DNA from: an uncultured Candidatus Kuenenia sp.
Lineage (GTDB): Bacteria > Planctomycetota > Planctomycetia > Gemmatales > Gemmataceae
Length of the DNA stretch: 64,000 bases
Direction of reading: 5' to 3'
Assembly: GCA_964646215.1 (NCBI GenBank)
Contig: CAZYAY010000006.1
Coordinates: 2,747 to 66,746 of the forward strand
Positions 35,121 to 43,427 of this stretch are shown piece after piece; position 1 is the stretch's first letter; every line of letters starts with the position of its first letter. The translations under genes were made by a program, and so were the position numbers. The notes beneath the pieces were generated by a model, which worked only from the letters and a program-made list of their open reading frames with translations, did not search any database and was not told the origin of the DNA.

Positions 35121-36344
35121 ATGCCTTTACATTTGGCTGATGCCATACCTGAAACCAGTTCGCCTGAACGGGAGTTTCTTTGGACCCTTAATTTTGGGCC
35201 TCAGCACCCCGCCACCCACACAACTTTGCGTTTAATCCTAACACTTGATGGAGAAGTGGTGGTTCATGCAATTCCTGATATAGGATTTCTTCACAGTGGG
35301 TTTGAAAAATTAGGTGAGCACCTTGACTTTAATCAATACGTAACCATTGTTGATCGAATGAATTATATTTCGCCAGTATCAAATGAGATATCTTGGCATC
35401 ACGCGGTTGAAAAATTGCTGGACATTGATCTTACCCCACGTTGTAAATACATTCGTACTATTTTTGCTGAGTTAATGCGTATTCACGATCACCTTGTATG
35501 CTGTGGTGCCGCTGCGTTAGATCTCGGTGCTTTTACCGCATTCCTTTATGCTTTTAATCTGCGTGAAAAAATCAACGATATCTCTGAGGCAGCAAGTGGT
35601 CAGAGGTTTCACCCCAGTTACACCAGGGTAGGTGGTTTGCTTTGCGATGTAGATGATGTTTGGATTACAAAAGTTCGTGCTTTTATAAAATCATTTTATG
35701 CAGCTTATGCTGATTTAATGAAACTTCTTCAAAGAAATCGCATTTTTGTTGATAGAACCAAGGGGGTTGGCGTTCTATCCAAGGAAGAGGCGATCAACCG
35801 TAGTGCAACAGGCCCTATCGCCAGAGCTAGTGGGGTCACCCGAGATCTTAGAAAAGACCAGCCTTACCTTGCTTATAAAGATTTTGATTTCAAAGTCGTT
35901 TGTTCAACAGAGGGTGATTGTTACGCCCGCTTTCTAGTTCGCATGGAAGAGATGGTTCAGAGTATTAAAATTATTACCCAGGCAATTGAGAACATTCCGT
36001 CTGGCCCAATCAACATTGATGTAAATTCCAAATTCGTGGTTCCGAATCAAATGTCGGTTTATCGTAGCATCGAAGGTTTGATTCAGCATTTTGAACTTCA
36101 TATGACCAATAGGAAATGGGAAACCCCAAAAGAAGAGATTTACGCCGCCACAGAATCTCCTAATGGCGAATTAGGTTTTTACATAGTTTCAGATGGATCT
36201 GGCGTGGCTTATAGAGCTAGAACCAGGCCGCCATCATTCGTTCATTTTTCGTTGTTTCCGCATTTGATTGTTGGACATCAAATTAGTGATATTCCAGCAG
36301 TTTTAGGCAGTATAAATATCATTGCAGCGGAGTTGGACAGATGA
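35121..36344 (+). CDS. nuoD: NADH-quinone oxidoreductase subunit D
   Basis: LNFGPQHPATHTTLRL, RMNYISP, and a C-terminal GSINIIAAELDR-type ending. Confidence 0.96.
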   Translation: MPLHLADAIPETSSPEREFLWTLNFGPQHPATHTTLRLILTLDGEVVVHAIPDIGFLHSGFEKLGEHLDFNQYVTIVDRMNYISPVSNEISWHHAVEKLLDIDLTPRCKYIRTIFAELMRIHDHLVCCGAAALDLGAFTAFLYAFNLREKINDISEAASGQRFHPSYTRVGGLLCDVDDVWITKVRAFIKSFYAAYADLMKLLQRNRIFVDRTKGVGVLSKEEAINRSATGPIARASGVTRDLRKDQPYLAYKDFDFKVVCSTEGDCYARFLVRMEEMVQSIKIITQAIENIPSGPINIDVNSKFVVPNQMSVYRSIEGLIQHFELHMTNRKWETPKEEIYAATESPNGELGFYIVSDGSGVAYRARTRPPSFVHFSLFPHLIVGHQISDIPAVLGSINIIAAELDR

Positions 36345-36820
36345 GTTCATTGAAGCCAGAGATTGTTGAAAAAATCAAAAGTTTGATACTTCTTTACCCC
36401 GCGAAGCAAGCTGTCACGCTACCTGCATTGCATCTGGTTCAAGATCAGGAGCGCTGCGTTTCCCAGGAAGCAATAGTTGATATTGCCGCTCTTCTCGAAC
36501 TTAGCCCTGCTGAAATTCACGACACCATGAGTTTTTATGGTTTCTTTAAAACGGAAATCAATCCTCTTGGAAAATGCAGGCTTTGGGTGTGTCGAAGCCT
36601 TGCCTGTGATCTGCGGGGTGCAGACGACCTGCTTAATAATTTGATATCCAAGTTAGGTGTTGCTCCGGGCCAAACAACCAAGGATGGAATGTTTACCTTG
36701 GAAGAAGCCGAATGTATCGGGGCATGCGAGGGGGCGCCTTGTGTTTTAATTAACGATGTGCATAGTCATAATGTTTCAGATGCTGACAAACTAATTGATG
36801 ATATTCGAAAAAAGCTTTAG
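36341..36820 (+). CDS. nuoE: NADH-quinone oxidoreductase subunit E
   Basis: 2Fe-2S ligands are present in VCRSLACDLRG...CIGACEGAPCVLIND. ATGA overlap with nuoD. Confidence 0.93.
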   Translation: MSSLKPEIVEKIKSLILLYPAKQAVTLPALHLVQDQERCVSQEAIVDIAALLELSPAEIHDTMSFYGFFKTEINPLGKCRLWVCRSLACDLRGADDLLNNLISKLGVAPGQTTKDGMFTLEEAECIGACEGAPCVLINDVHSHNVSDADKLIDDIRKKL

Positions 36821-36853
36821 ATTTGCATTATTCTAAGCTAAAAGGATTTTTAT

Positions 36854-38191
36854 ATGGCAAAATATGAGCCAGTGCTTTTGAAAAGAATTGCTAAGGATAA
36901 TAGCGATCATATTGATTCATACATTGCTGATGGTGGGTATCTTGGCTTGAAAAAAGTGCTTAAAGATATGTCTCCCACCCAAGTAATCGACCTGGTGAAA
37001 GCATCGGGTTTGCGTGGTCGAGGTGGTGCAGGTTTTCCTACCGGGCTTAAATGGACATTCCTACCGAAAGATCATCCCGGCCCAATTTATTTATGCATTA
37101 ATGCTGATGAAAGTGAACCTTGCACTTTTAACAATCGTGTTTTGATGGAAAAAGATCCTCATCAAGTTCTTGAAGGTATCATCCTCACGAGCTATGCAGT
37201 TGGCGCAAGTAAAACTTTTATCTATGTCCGCTATGAATATGGTGATGCATATCGTTCAATGGAGCGGGCGGTTCAACAAGCTTACGACAAAGGATTACTT
37301 GGGAAAAACATCCAAGGTTCTTCATTCAGTCTTGAAGCTGTGATGCATAAAGGTGCAGCAGCCTATATTTGCGGTGAAGAAACAGGATTGATTGAAAGTC
37401 TTGAGGGAAAAAGAGCATGGCCCAGGATAAAGCCTCCTTTTCCAGCAATAGAAGGGGCTTTTCGTAAGCCCACCATTGTTAACAACATCGAAACTGTTTC
37501 CTGTGTTAAGAACATAATTGATCTGGGTGCTGATTGGTTTAAATCAATCGGTATAGCTCCCGATCCTTCGAACCCACGCGATGCAGGCAGTTATGGACCA
37601 AAGTTATATTGCATAAGTGGCCATGTAAATCGACCTGGTCTTGTAGAACTCCCAATGGGTATTTCTGTTCGCGAATTGATTTCCGAACACGGAGGCGGAG
37701 TTTGGAAAAACCGCAAAGCCAAGGGCGTCATACCGGGTGGCAACAGCATGGGCTTTATGACCGAAGCTGAACTTGATACCAAATTGGATTTTAATGGGCC
37801 TGGTAAAGTTGGCTGCCTTGGTCTTGGTACGGGCGCTGTTACAGTATTTGATGATCAAACAAGTATCGTTGATGTTCTTTACAATATTTGCAGATTCTTT
37901 GCACATGAATCTTGTGGCCAGTGCACACCTTGCAGGGAAGGCACCGCTTGGATGTTTAAAATCATCGATCGAATTCGAAAAGGTCATGGTAGGATTGAAG
38001 ACCTTAATATTCTTGAAGAGGTGGGAAATCAAATTGGTACCATGCCCGGTACTACGATTTGCGGCCTTGCTGATGGTGCGGGTTGGCCAGTTAAAACCGC
38101 AATTCGCAAATATCGTCCTGAGTTTGAGTCTTATATTAAAAATGGTGATAAGAAAGTTAGAACTCTGAACCTGCAGATGTCCCACCATTAA
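36854..38191 (+). CDS. nuoF: NADH-quinone oxidoreductase subunit F
   Basis: GLRGRGGAGFPTGLKW (FMN site), GAAAYICGEETGLIESLEG (NADH site) and ESCGQCTPCREG (N3 cluster). Confidence 0.96.
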   Translation: MAKYEPVLLKRIAKDNSDHIDSYIADGGYLGLKKVLKDMSPTQVIDLVKASGLRGRGGAGFPTGLKWTFLPKDHPGPIYLCINADESEPCTFNNRVLMEKDPHQVLEGIILTSYAVGASKTFIYVRYEYGDAYRSMERAVQQAYDKGLLGKNIQGSSFSLEAVMHKGAAAYICGEETGLIESLEGKRAWPRIKPPFPAIEGAFRKPTIVNNIETVSCVKNIIDLGADWFKSIGIAPDPSNPRDAGSYGPKLYCISGHVNRPGLVELPMGISVRELISEHGGGVWKNRKAKGVIPGGNSMGFMTEAELDTKLDFNGPGKVGCLGLGTGAVTVFDDQTSIVDVLYNICRFFAHESCGQCTPCREGTAWMFKIIDRIRKGHGRIEDLNILEEVGNQIGTMPGTTICGLADGAGWPVKTAIRKYRPEFESYIKNGDKKVRTLNLQMSHH

Positions 38192-38219
38192 TTGATCTAT
38201 TCATTATCGGAGCTTTTGG

Positions 38220-39863
38220 ATGGCTACTGTTTACATTAATGACAAAGCTGTTGATATCGGAGACAAGAGGTTAAATCTTGTTCAAGCCGCTGAATTGGCC
38301 GGTGTCACTATTCCTCACTATTGCTACCACCCTGCCCTTTCGGTGGTCGCAAGCTGCAGGATGTGCCTTGTAGAAGTCGGTGAGAAAAAACCTGATGGAA
38401 CCGTGGTCATGCAACCCAGGGTTATTCCGGCTTGCCAGACTCCTGCCAAAGATAATACCGTTGTTCAGACTGCAACTGCTAAAAGTAAATCCGCTCAAGC
38501 CCAGACTCTTGAGTCCATCCTTTTGAATCATCCTTTGGATTGTCCTGTCTGCGATAAGGCTGGGGAATGTAAACTTCAAGATTATAGTTATAATTATGGC
38601 AATGCTGAAAGCCGTATGGTTGATGATAAAAATACCCCACCAAATAAACCTGATCTGGGCGATAATATCAGTCTTTTTACTGATCGTTGCATCATGTGTT
38701 CTCGATGTGTAAGATTTACCCGAGAAATATCGGGAACCGCTGAACTACATATTGTAAATCGTGGAAGCCATGCAGAAATTGATGTATTTCCCACCGAACC
38801 TCTTAATAATAAACTAGCATCAAATGTGGTTGATCTTTGCCCGGTGGGTGCCTTGGCAAGCAAGGATTTTCTTTATACACATCGTGTTTGGAATTTAAAA
38901 ACACAGGAAAGCGTTTGCGCTGGTTGCTCTACTGGTTGCAGTATTCACCTCGATACAAACAAGAATGTTGTATACAGGCTTCGACCCCGAGAAAACCCAA
39001 ATGCCCAGGGTTACTTCATGTGCGATGATGGTCGTCTGGGTTATCATTATGTCAATTCTTCCCACCGTATTTCTGAACCAAAGTTGCGATCAGTATCTGG
39101 CTCCGACATTTCTTCATGGAAAGAAATTCTTCCTGCCTTGCGTTCAGAACTTAAGTCTATTGCTTCAAATAATTCCTCAGCAATAGCTGTAATGCTTTCT
39201 CCATTTCTCACCGTTGAGGAAGGGTTTTTGCTGGCTACTTTTATTAAATCGATCGCCCCTAAGTCGAAATTGGTTCTTGGGCCAGTACCTGTTGTTGGAG
39301 CAGATGACCATTATCCAAAAACTCGAGGTGCGGTTGCACCCCAAGTAAAATTTACTATTCGCAACGAGAAATGCCCCAATAAAAAAGGCATTGAAGAAGT
39401 GATCCGGCATTTCGAAGGGGATGTAATTCTTGTTTCTGATTATTTGAACAAAAATACCCCTGAAGCATTATTTATTGCTGCTGGCTATCAGGGTGAAGAG
39501 GTTTCTTGGTTTGACAACAATCTGCTAACCCAGTTTAAGAAGATTAAACTTTTAATAACTCAGGATCTTTTTCCTAGTGCTCTGACAGATGCTTCTAAAT
39601 ATGTTATTCCTTCTGCTGCTTTCTCAGAAAAAGAAGGCACTTTTGTTAACTATGCAGGATTAGCTCAAGAATTGCATTGGGCGTGTGTGCCCTTAAAGCA
39701 AGTACGAACCGAAGGACAGGTTTATTTGGATTTACTTGAAAGAAAAGGTTTGCTGCAGGCATCGAGTATCAGGGATGAGATTGCTAAATCTATTCCCTAT
39801 TTTTCTCGATTGGCTGGTGGTAAACTTGGTTCAAATGGAATACATTTGGAAAACTTAGCCTGA
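38220..39863 (+). CDS. nuoG: NADH-quinone oxidoreductase subunit G (short form, 547 aa)
   Basis: 2Fe-2S N-terminus (CYHP...SCRMCLVE), HPLDCPVCDKAGECKLQD (N5), CIMCSRCVRF...CPVGAL (N4), and CAGCSTGC-x27-C (N7-like). Confidence 0.92.
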   Translation: MATVYINDKAVDIGDKRLNLVQAAELAGVTIPHYCYHPALSVVASCRMCLVEVGEKKPDGTVVMQPRVIPACQTPAKDNTVVQTATAKSKSAQAQTLESILLNHPLDCPVCDKAGECKLQDYSYNYGNAESRMVDDKNTPPNKPDLGDNISLFTDRCIMCSRCVRFTREISGTAELHIVNRGSHAEIDVFPTEPLNNKLASNVVDLCPVGALASKDFLYTHRVWNLKTQESVCAGCSTGCSIHLDTNKNVVYRLRPRENPNAQGYFMCDDGRLGYHYVNSSHRISEPKLRSVSGSDISSWKEILPALRSELKSIASNNSSAIAVMLSPFLTVEEGFLLATFIKSIAPKSKLVLGPVPVVGADDHYPKTRGAVAPQVKFTIRNEKCPNKKGIEEVIRHFEGDVILVSDYLNKNTPEALFIAAGYQGEEVSWFDNNLLTQFKKIKLLITQDLFPSALTDASKYVIPSAAFSEKEGTFVNYAGLAQELHWACVPLKQVRTEGQVYLDLLERKGLLQASSIRDEIAKSIPYFSRLAGGKLGSNGIHLENLA

Positions 39864-39893
39864 TTTTAGGTTCATGGTTTTGAAAGGACTGGA

Positions 39894-41261
39894 ATGAGTC
39901 TGGAATTTTCGCTTCTTATAACTGTTATTATGATCGCTGCAGTTCTTGGTTGCTTGAACGGCGGTGTGGCTTACCTAATTTTGGTGGAGCGCAAAATTTC
40001 AGCTTGGGTTCAAGATCGGGTTGGCCCTAATCGTGCATTTTTTGGGATTTTGCAACCTATAGCCGATGGCGTCAAATTGCTTCTCAAAGAAGAGATGATT
40101 CCAAAATATGTTGATAAGCTTTTTTTCATGATTGCCCCAGCAATCGCACTAATCACTGCTTTTATGGCTTTGGCCGTTGTTCCCTTTGGGCCAACAAGTC
40201 CTTCCCCTATTCTTATCGATTACCGAGAAAACGCCCCAACATACGGACTTGCTGTCTGGCCTTCTACAAAATCAGAATATGATGCTGTTATTCGCGCTGA
40301 CCAAAATCATGCCCAGGAAAAAAAAGTTGTATCTTTTGAAGATCAGGTAAAAGTCTATAACTCACATGTTCAATTTGTGCTCGCGCCTCATGTTGATATC
40401 GGTATTCTTTTTGTTTTTGCGATCGGAAGTCTAGGTGTCTATGGTGTGATTCTTGGAGGATGGTCATCCAATAATAAATACAGCCTTTTAGGGTCATTGC
40501 GTTCCAGTGCCCAGCTTATTAGTTATGAAATTCCTTTAGGATTATCGGTTCTTGGAGTTGTTCTTGTTACTGGATCACTTAACCTCGAACACATTATCCA
40601 GCACCAAGTGGATCATGGCTGGAATGTTTTGTTCCAACCTTTGGCAATGGTTCTGTTTGCCACTTCAATTTTTGCAGAATGTAATCGACTCCCCTTTGAT
40701 TTACCAGAATCTGAACAGGAATTAGTTGGTGGTTATCACACAGAATACAGTTCCATGAAATTTGCACTTTTTCTGTTTGGTGAATACACCCACATGATAA
40801 CCACTAGCTTTCTAATGATGACCGTGTTTTTTGGTGCCTGGCACCTGCCATTTATTACCGATCCTAACGATTTTTCAATTTTTGGTATCGTTCTTAAATT
40901 TGCAGTCGCCGCTGGTAAAACTGTAGGCTTTATAATTTTTTACATGCTCATTCGTTGGACTATCTTAAGGTTTCGTTTCGACCAACTTATGCACCTTGCA
41001 TGGAAAATTATGCTCCCTATCTCTTTGGCTAGTTTCACGATGCTAGTGTTTATTGTTCATTTCAAACCAATTGGGCAGCAGTCAATTTGGTTAATGAGTC
41101 CTGTTTCGCTTGTAATTTTACTGGGTTCTGGATTTATTGGCTTTAGACTTACCAAACCATTAGTTGAATCCACTAAAGCCAAGGTTCCTTATCTAGGGCA
41201 TGGTTCGGGTTATTCGGTTCAGCATGATTCGAAACTTCGTTTTGAAAACTCGGGCAAATAG
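39894..41261 (+). CDS. nuoH: NADH-quinone oxidoreductase subunit H (expanded, 455 aa)
   Basis: ERKISAWVQDRVGPNR, LQPIADGVKLLLKE, GGWSSNNKYSLLGSLRSSAQLISYEIPLGL, and ECNRLPFDLPESEQELVGGYHTEYS. Confidence 0.93.
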   Translation: MSLEFSLLITVIMIAAVLGCLNGGVAYLILVERKISAWVQDRVGPNRAFFGILQPIADGVKLLLKEEMIPKYVDKLFFMIAPAIALITAFMALAVVPFGPTSPSPILIDYRENAPTYGLAVWPSTKSEYDAVIRADQNHAQEKKVVSFEDQVKVYNSHVQFVLAPHVDIGILFVFAIGSLGVYGVILGGWSSNNKYSLLGSLRSSAQLISYEIPLGLSVLGVVLVTGSLNLEHIIQHQVDHGWNVLFQPLAMVLFATSIFAECNRLPFDLPESEQELVGGYHTEYSSMKFALFLFGEYTHMITTSFLMMTVFFGAWHLPFITDPNDFSIFGIVLKFAVAAGKTVGFIIFYMLIRWTILRFRFDQLMHLAWKIMLPISLASFTMLVFIVHFKPIGQQSIWLMSPVSLVILLGSGFIGFRLTKPLVESTKAKVPYLGHGSGYSVQHDSKLRFENSGK

Positions 41262-41288
41262 TCAGTACTGTGATTAAAAAGGAGTGGT

Positions 41289-41891
41289 ATGAAAGCTGAA
41301 GAAATAACTTGGGTGAAATCTCCTGAATTCGGAGTGATGGACCAGCTTTTTCTACCCGCAATTTTTACGGGTTTGGTTACAACTTTAACTCATATGGGCA
41401 ATACCCTTTTAGGGTCAAAAAATAATGATGTTGTGACCCAACAGTTTCCTGAACAGAGACCACATTTACCTGCCAATTACCGTGGTGTTCATCGTCTTAA
41501 CCGGGATGACGAGGGGCGCGTTAAGTGTGTCGCTTGCTATATGTGCTCTACCGCTTGTCCTGCTCATTGTATAGACATCGTCGCCGCTCCTTCCCCATGG
41601 CCGGATCGGGAAAAATATCCGGAAGTCTTTGTTATAGATGAACTGCGTTGCATTTATTGTGGTATGTGTGAACAGGCTTGTCCTGTTGATGCCATTGAAC
41701 TTACCACGCTATATGATCTTACAGGCCACAGTCGTGAAGAAATGATCTTTAATAAAGAAAAACTTTTGAGCGTTTTCGATAAAACAGTCTCAATGGGAAC
41801 GGATCCTGTACGAACCACCCACGGCCGTTTGGGTGTTGCCAGTGAACCTGCCGCAAGTGGGGTAACGAATTCTTCTTCTATGCAGACTTAG
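41289..41891 (+). CDS. nuoI: NADH-quinone oxidoreductase subunit I
   Basis: Two 4Fe-4S ferredoxin motifs: CVACYMCSTACP and CIYCGMCEQACPVDAI. Confidence 0.93.
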   Translation: MKAEEITWVKSPEFGVMDQLFLPAIFTGLVTTLTHMGNTLLGSKNNDVVTQQFPEQRPHLPANYRGVHRLNRDDEGRVKCVACYMCSTACPAHCIDIVAAPSPWPDREKYPEVFVIDELRCIYCGMCEQACPVDAIELTTLYDLTGHSREEMIFNKEKLLSVFDKTVSMGTDPVRTTHGRLGVASEPAASGVTNSSSMQT

Positions 41892-41943
41892 GAATTTACC
41901 CTATATTTATTTTTTGTTGTGTATTTTGGCTGGGAAGTATTTA

Positions 41944-43002
41944 ATGAATGACCAACCTTGGATTACTCTGACAAACCTATCGCTACTATTTGGGTGGCTT
42001 GCGGTTTATTTTTGTCTACCAAAAAGAATATCTGGTATTGGACGGCCATTTGGTTATTGCTCTGGCTTTATTGCCTTGATTATTGCGGCTGTTCAAATTT
42101 TCACCACCTATTCTTTGAATCCTGAACTTGTTTTGTTTTGTATATTTTCATTTTTTGCAGTTGTTGGTGCCTGTCTAATGATTGTTGCTCAAAATCCAGC
42201 ACATGGCGCTATCTGCTTTGCTTTGACAATCACAAGCACAGGTGGGATTTTTCTTCTCCTTGCTGCCCCTTTTGTAATGGCTGCCAATATTATTGTGTAT
42301 GCTGGTGCAATTATTGTGACTTTCCTTTTTCTACTTATGCTGGTTAAACAGCATAATGCAGATCTAGCCGATTCCGAAAGCCGGGAACCTTTTCTTGCTT
42401 CAATTACAGGTTTTATTTTGATGGGTTGCCTTATTTCCGTTCTTACAAGCGCCTTTTCTTCCCAGGCACTTTCTGGGAATCGCAATGAAATTGAAAGAAT
42501 CGTTAAAGAAACAAAGGAAGCTCTTGCATTGACGAATCTTTCGGAATTAAAAGCCAAGGTGATTAATGGTGACAATTATGTGGTTACCAAACTTAAAAAT
42601 GCCTTGGGTGGAAGCGGTACCTGGGTCGAAAGAATTGAAGTTGATGTTCAAAAAAATGGTACGGTTATGGTAAATAAATCAGATGATATTGTTGAAATTA
42701 AATCAGCACTTACTTCTCTGGTTAATATTGGAACCGATTATCTAAAGTACCGATCCTTGTTACGCCCTTCTATCGCCATTAACAGTAATTCTGGTGCTGA
42801 TGCTAGTCTACAATTGGATGAGATACGAAAAGATCAATCTGGCAGGCCAGCCATGCCCGCTGATAATACAACATTCTTGGGTAAACTAATTTTCTCTGAT
42901 CAGTTGATTACAGTGGAATTGACAGGGTTATTGCTTTTGGTTGCCACTATTGGTGCGATTGTTATTGTTCGCCAATTGCCAACGAATGTGAGTCCACAAT
43001 AA
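41944..43002 (+). CDS. nuoJ: NADH-quinone oxidoreductase subunit J (expanded, about 352 aa)
   Basis: The canonical core is present: MIVAQNPAHGAICFAL (TM1), IIVYAGAIIVTFLFLLML (TM3), and C-terminal LGKLIFSDQLITVELTGLLLLVATIGAIVI (TM5). ATG at 41944 follows GGGAAG; the ORF track TTG is at 41914. Confidence 0.85.
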   Translation: MNDQPWITLTNLSLLFGWLAVYFCLPKRISGIGRPFGYCSGFIALIIAAVQIFTTYSLNPELVLFCIFSFFAVVGACLMIVAQNPAHGAICFALTITSTGGIFLLLAAPFVMAANIIVYAGAIIVTFLFLLMLVKQHNADLADSESREPFLASITGFILMGCLISVLTSAFSSQALSGNRNEIERIVKETKEALALTNLSELKAKVINGDNYVVTKLKNALGGSGTWVERIEVDVQKNGTVMVNKSDDIVEIKSALTSLVNIGTDYLKYRSLLRPSIAINSNSGADASLQLDEIRKDQSGRPAMPADNTTFLGKLIFSDQLITVELTGLLLLVATIGAIVIVRQLPTNVSPQ

Positions 43003-43427
43003 TGCTAGATTTAAAAATATTTCTGATCTTGGGCGCAATATTGTTTTGCATCGGGCTAATTGGTTTTGTATCCCGTAGAAACATGATCACAATGTTTTTA
43101 AGTGCAGAATTAATGCTTCAGGGTGTAGCCATTAACTTTTTGGCATTTTCAAGGTTTAGAGGTAATCTTCAGGGACAATCTTTTGTCCTTTTCATTCTTT
43201 CAGTTGCTGCTTGTGAAGCAGCCATTGCCCTTGCGCTTATCGTTATACTTTACCGTGCGAAAAATTCACTTGATGTAAGCAAATGGCAGGACTTGCGTGA
43301 AGAAGATCTGGAACCCAATGAAGATCCAGAGATTATTTTGCTTGATTCTTATCAAATTCAACCTATGCCTACACTTCCCGTAGCTGGACACAGGCCTGCC
43401 AAAGAAGAGGATGCAAGCCATGTATGA
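43002..43427 (+). CDS. nuoK: NADH-quinone oxidoreductase subunit K (with C-terminal tail)
   Basis: GAILFCIGLIGFVSRRNMITMFLSAELMLQGV...AACEAAIALALIV matches NuoK/ND4L. TAATG junction with nuoJ. Confidence 0.9.
   Translation: MLDLKIFLILGAILFCIGLIGFVSRRNMITMFLSAELMLQGVAINFLAFSRFRGNLQGQSFVLFILSVAACEAAIALALIVILYRAKNSLDVSKWQDLREEDLEPNEDPEIILLDSYQIQPMPTLPVAGHRPAKEEDASHV

Noticed and set aside
37604-38188. 194-aa minus-strand ORF, plus a 131-aa plus-strand alternate-frame ORF, inside nuoF
   Set aside because: Both are fully embedded in nuoF, whose frame carries all FMN, NADH and N3 motifs. The alternative translations are compositionally odd and motif-free.
38220-39863. Short NuoG (547 aa) as a truncated pseudogene
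   Set aside because: The frame is uninterrupted and all Fe-S ligand motifs (N1b, N5, N4, N7-like) are present. The gene is followed at normal spacing by nuoH. NuoG length is known to vary between lineages.
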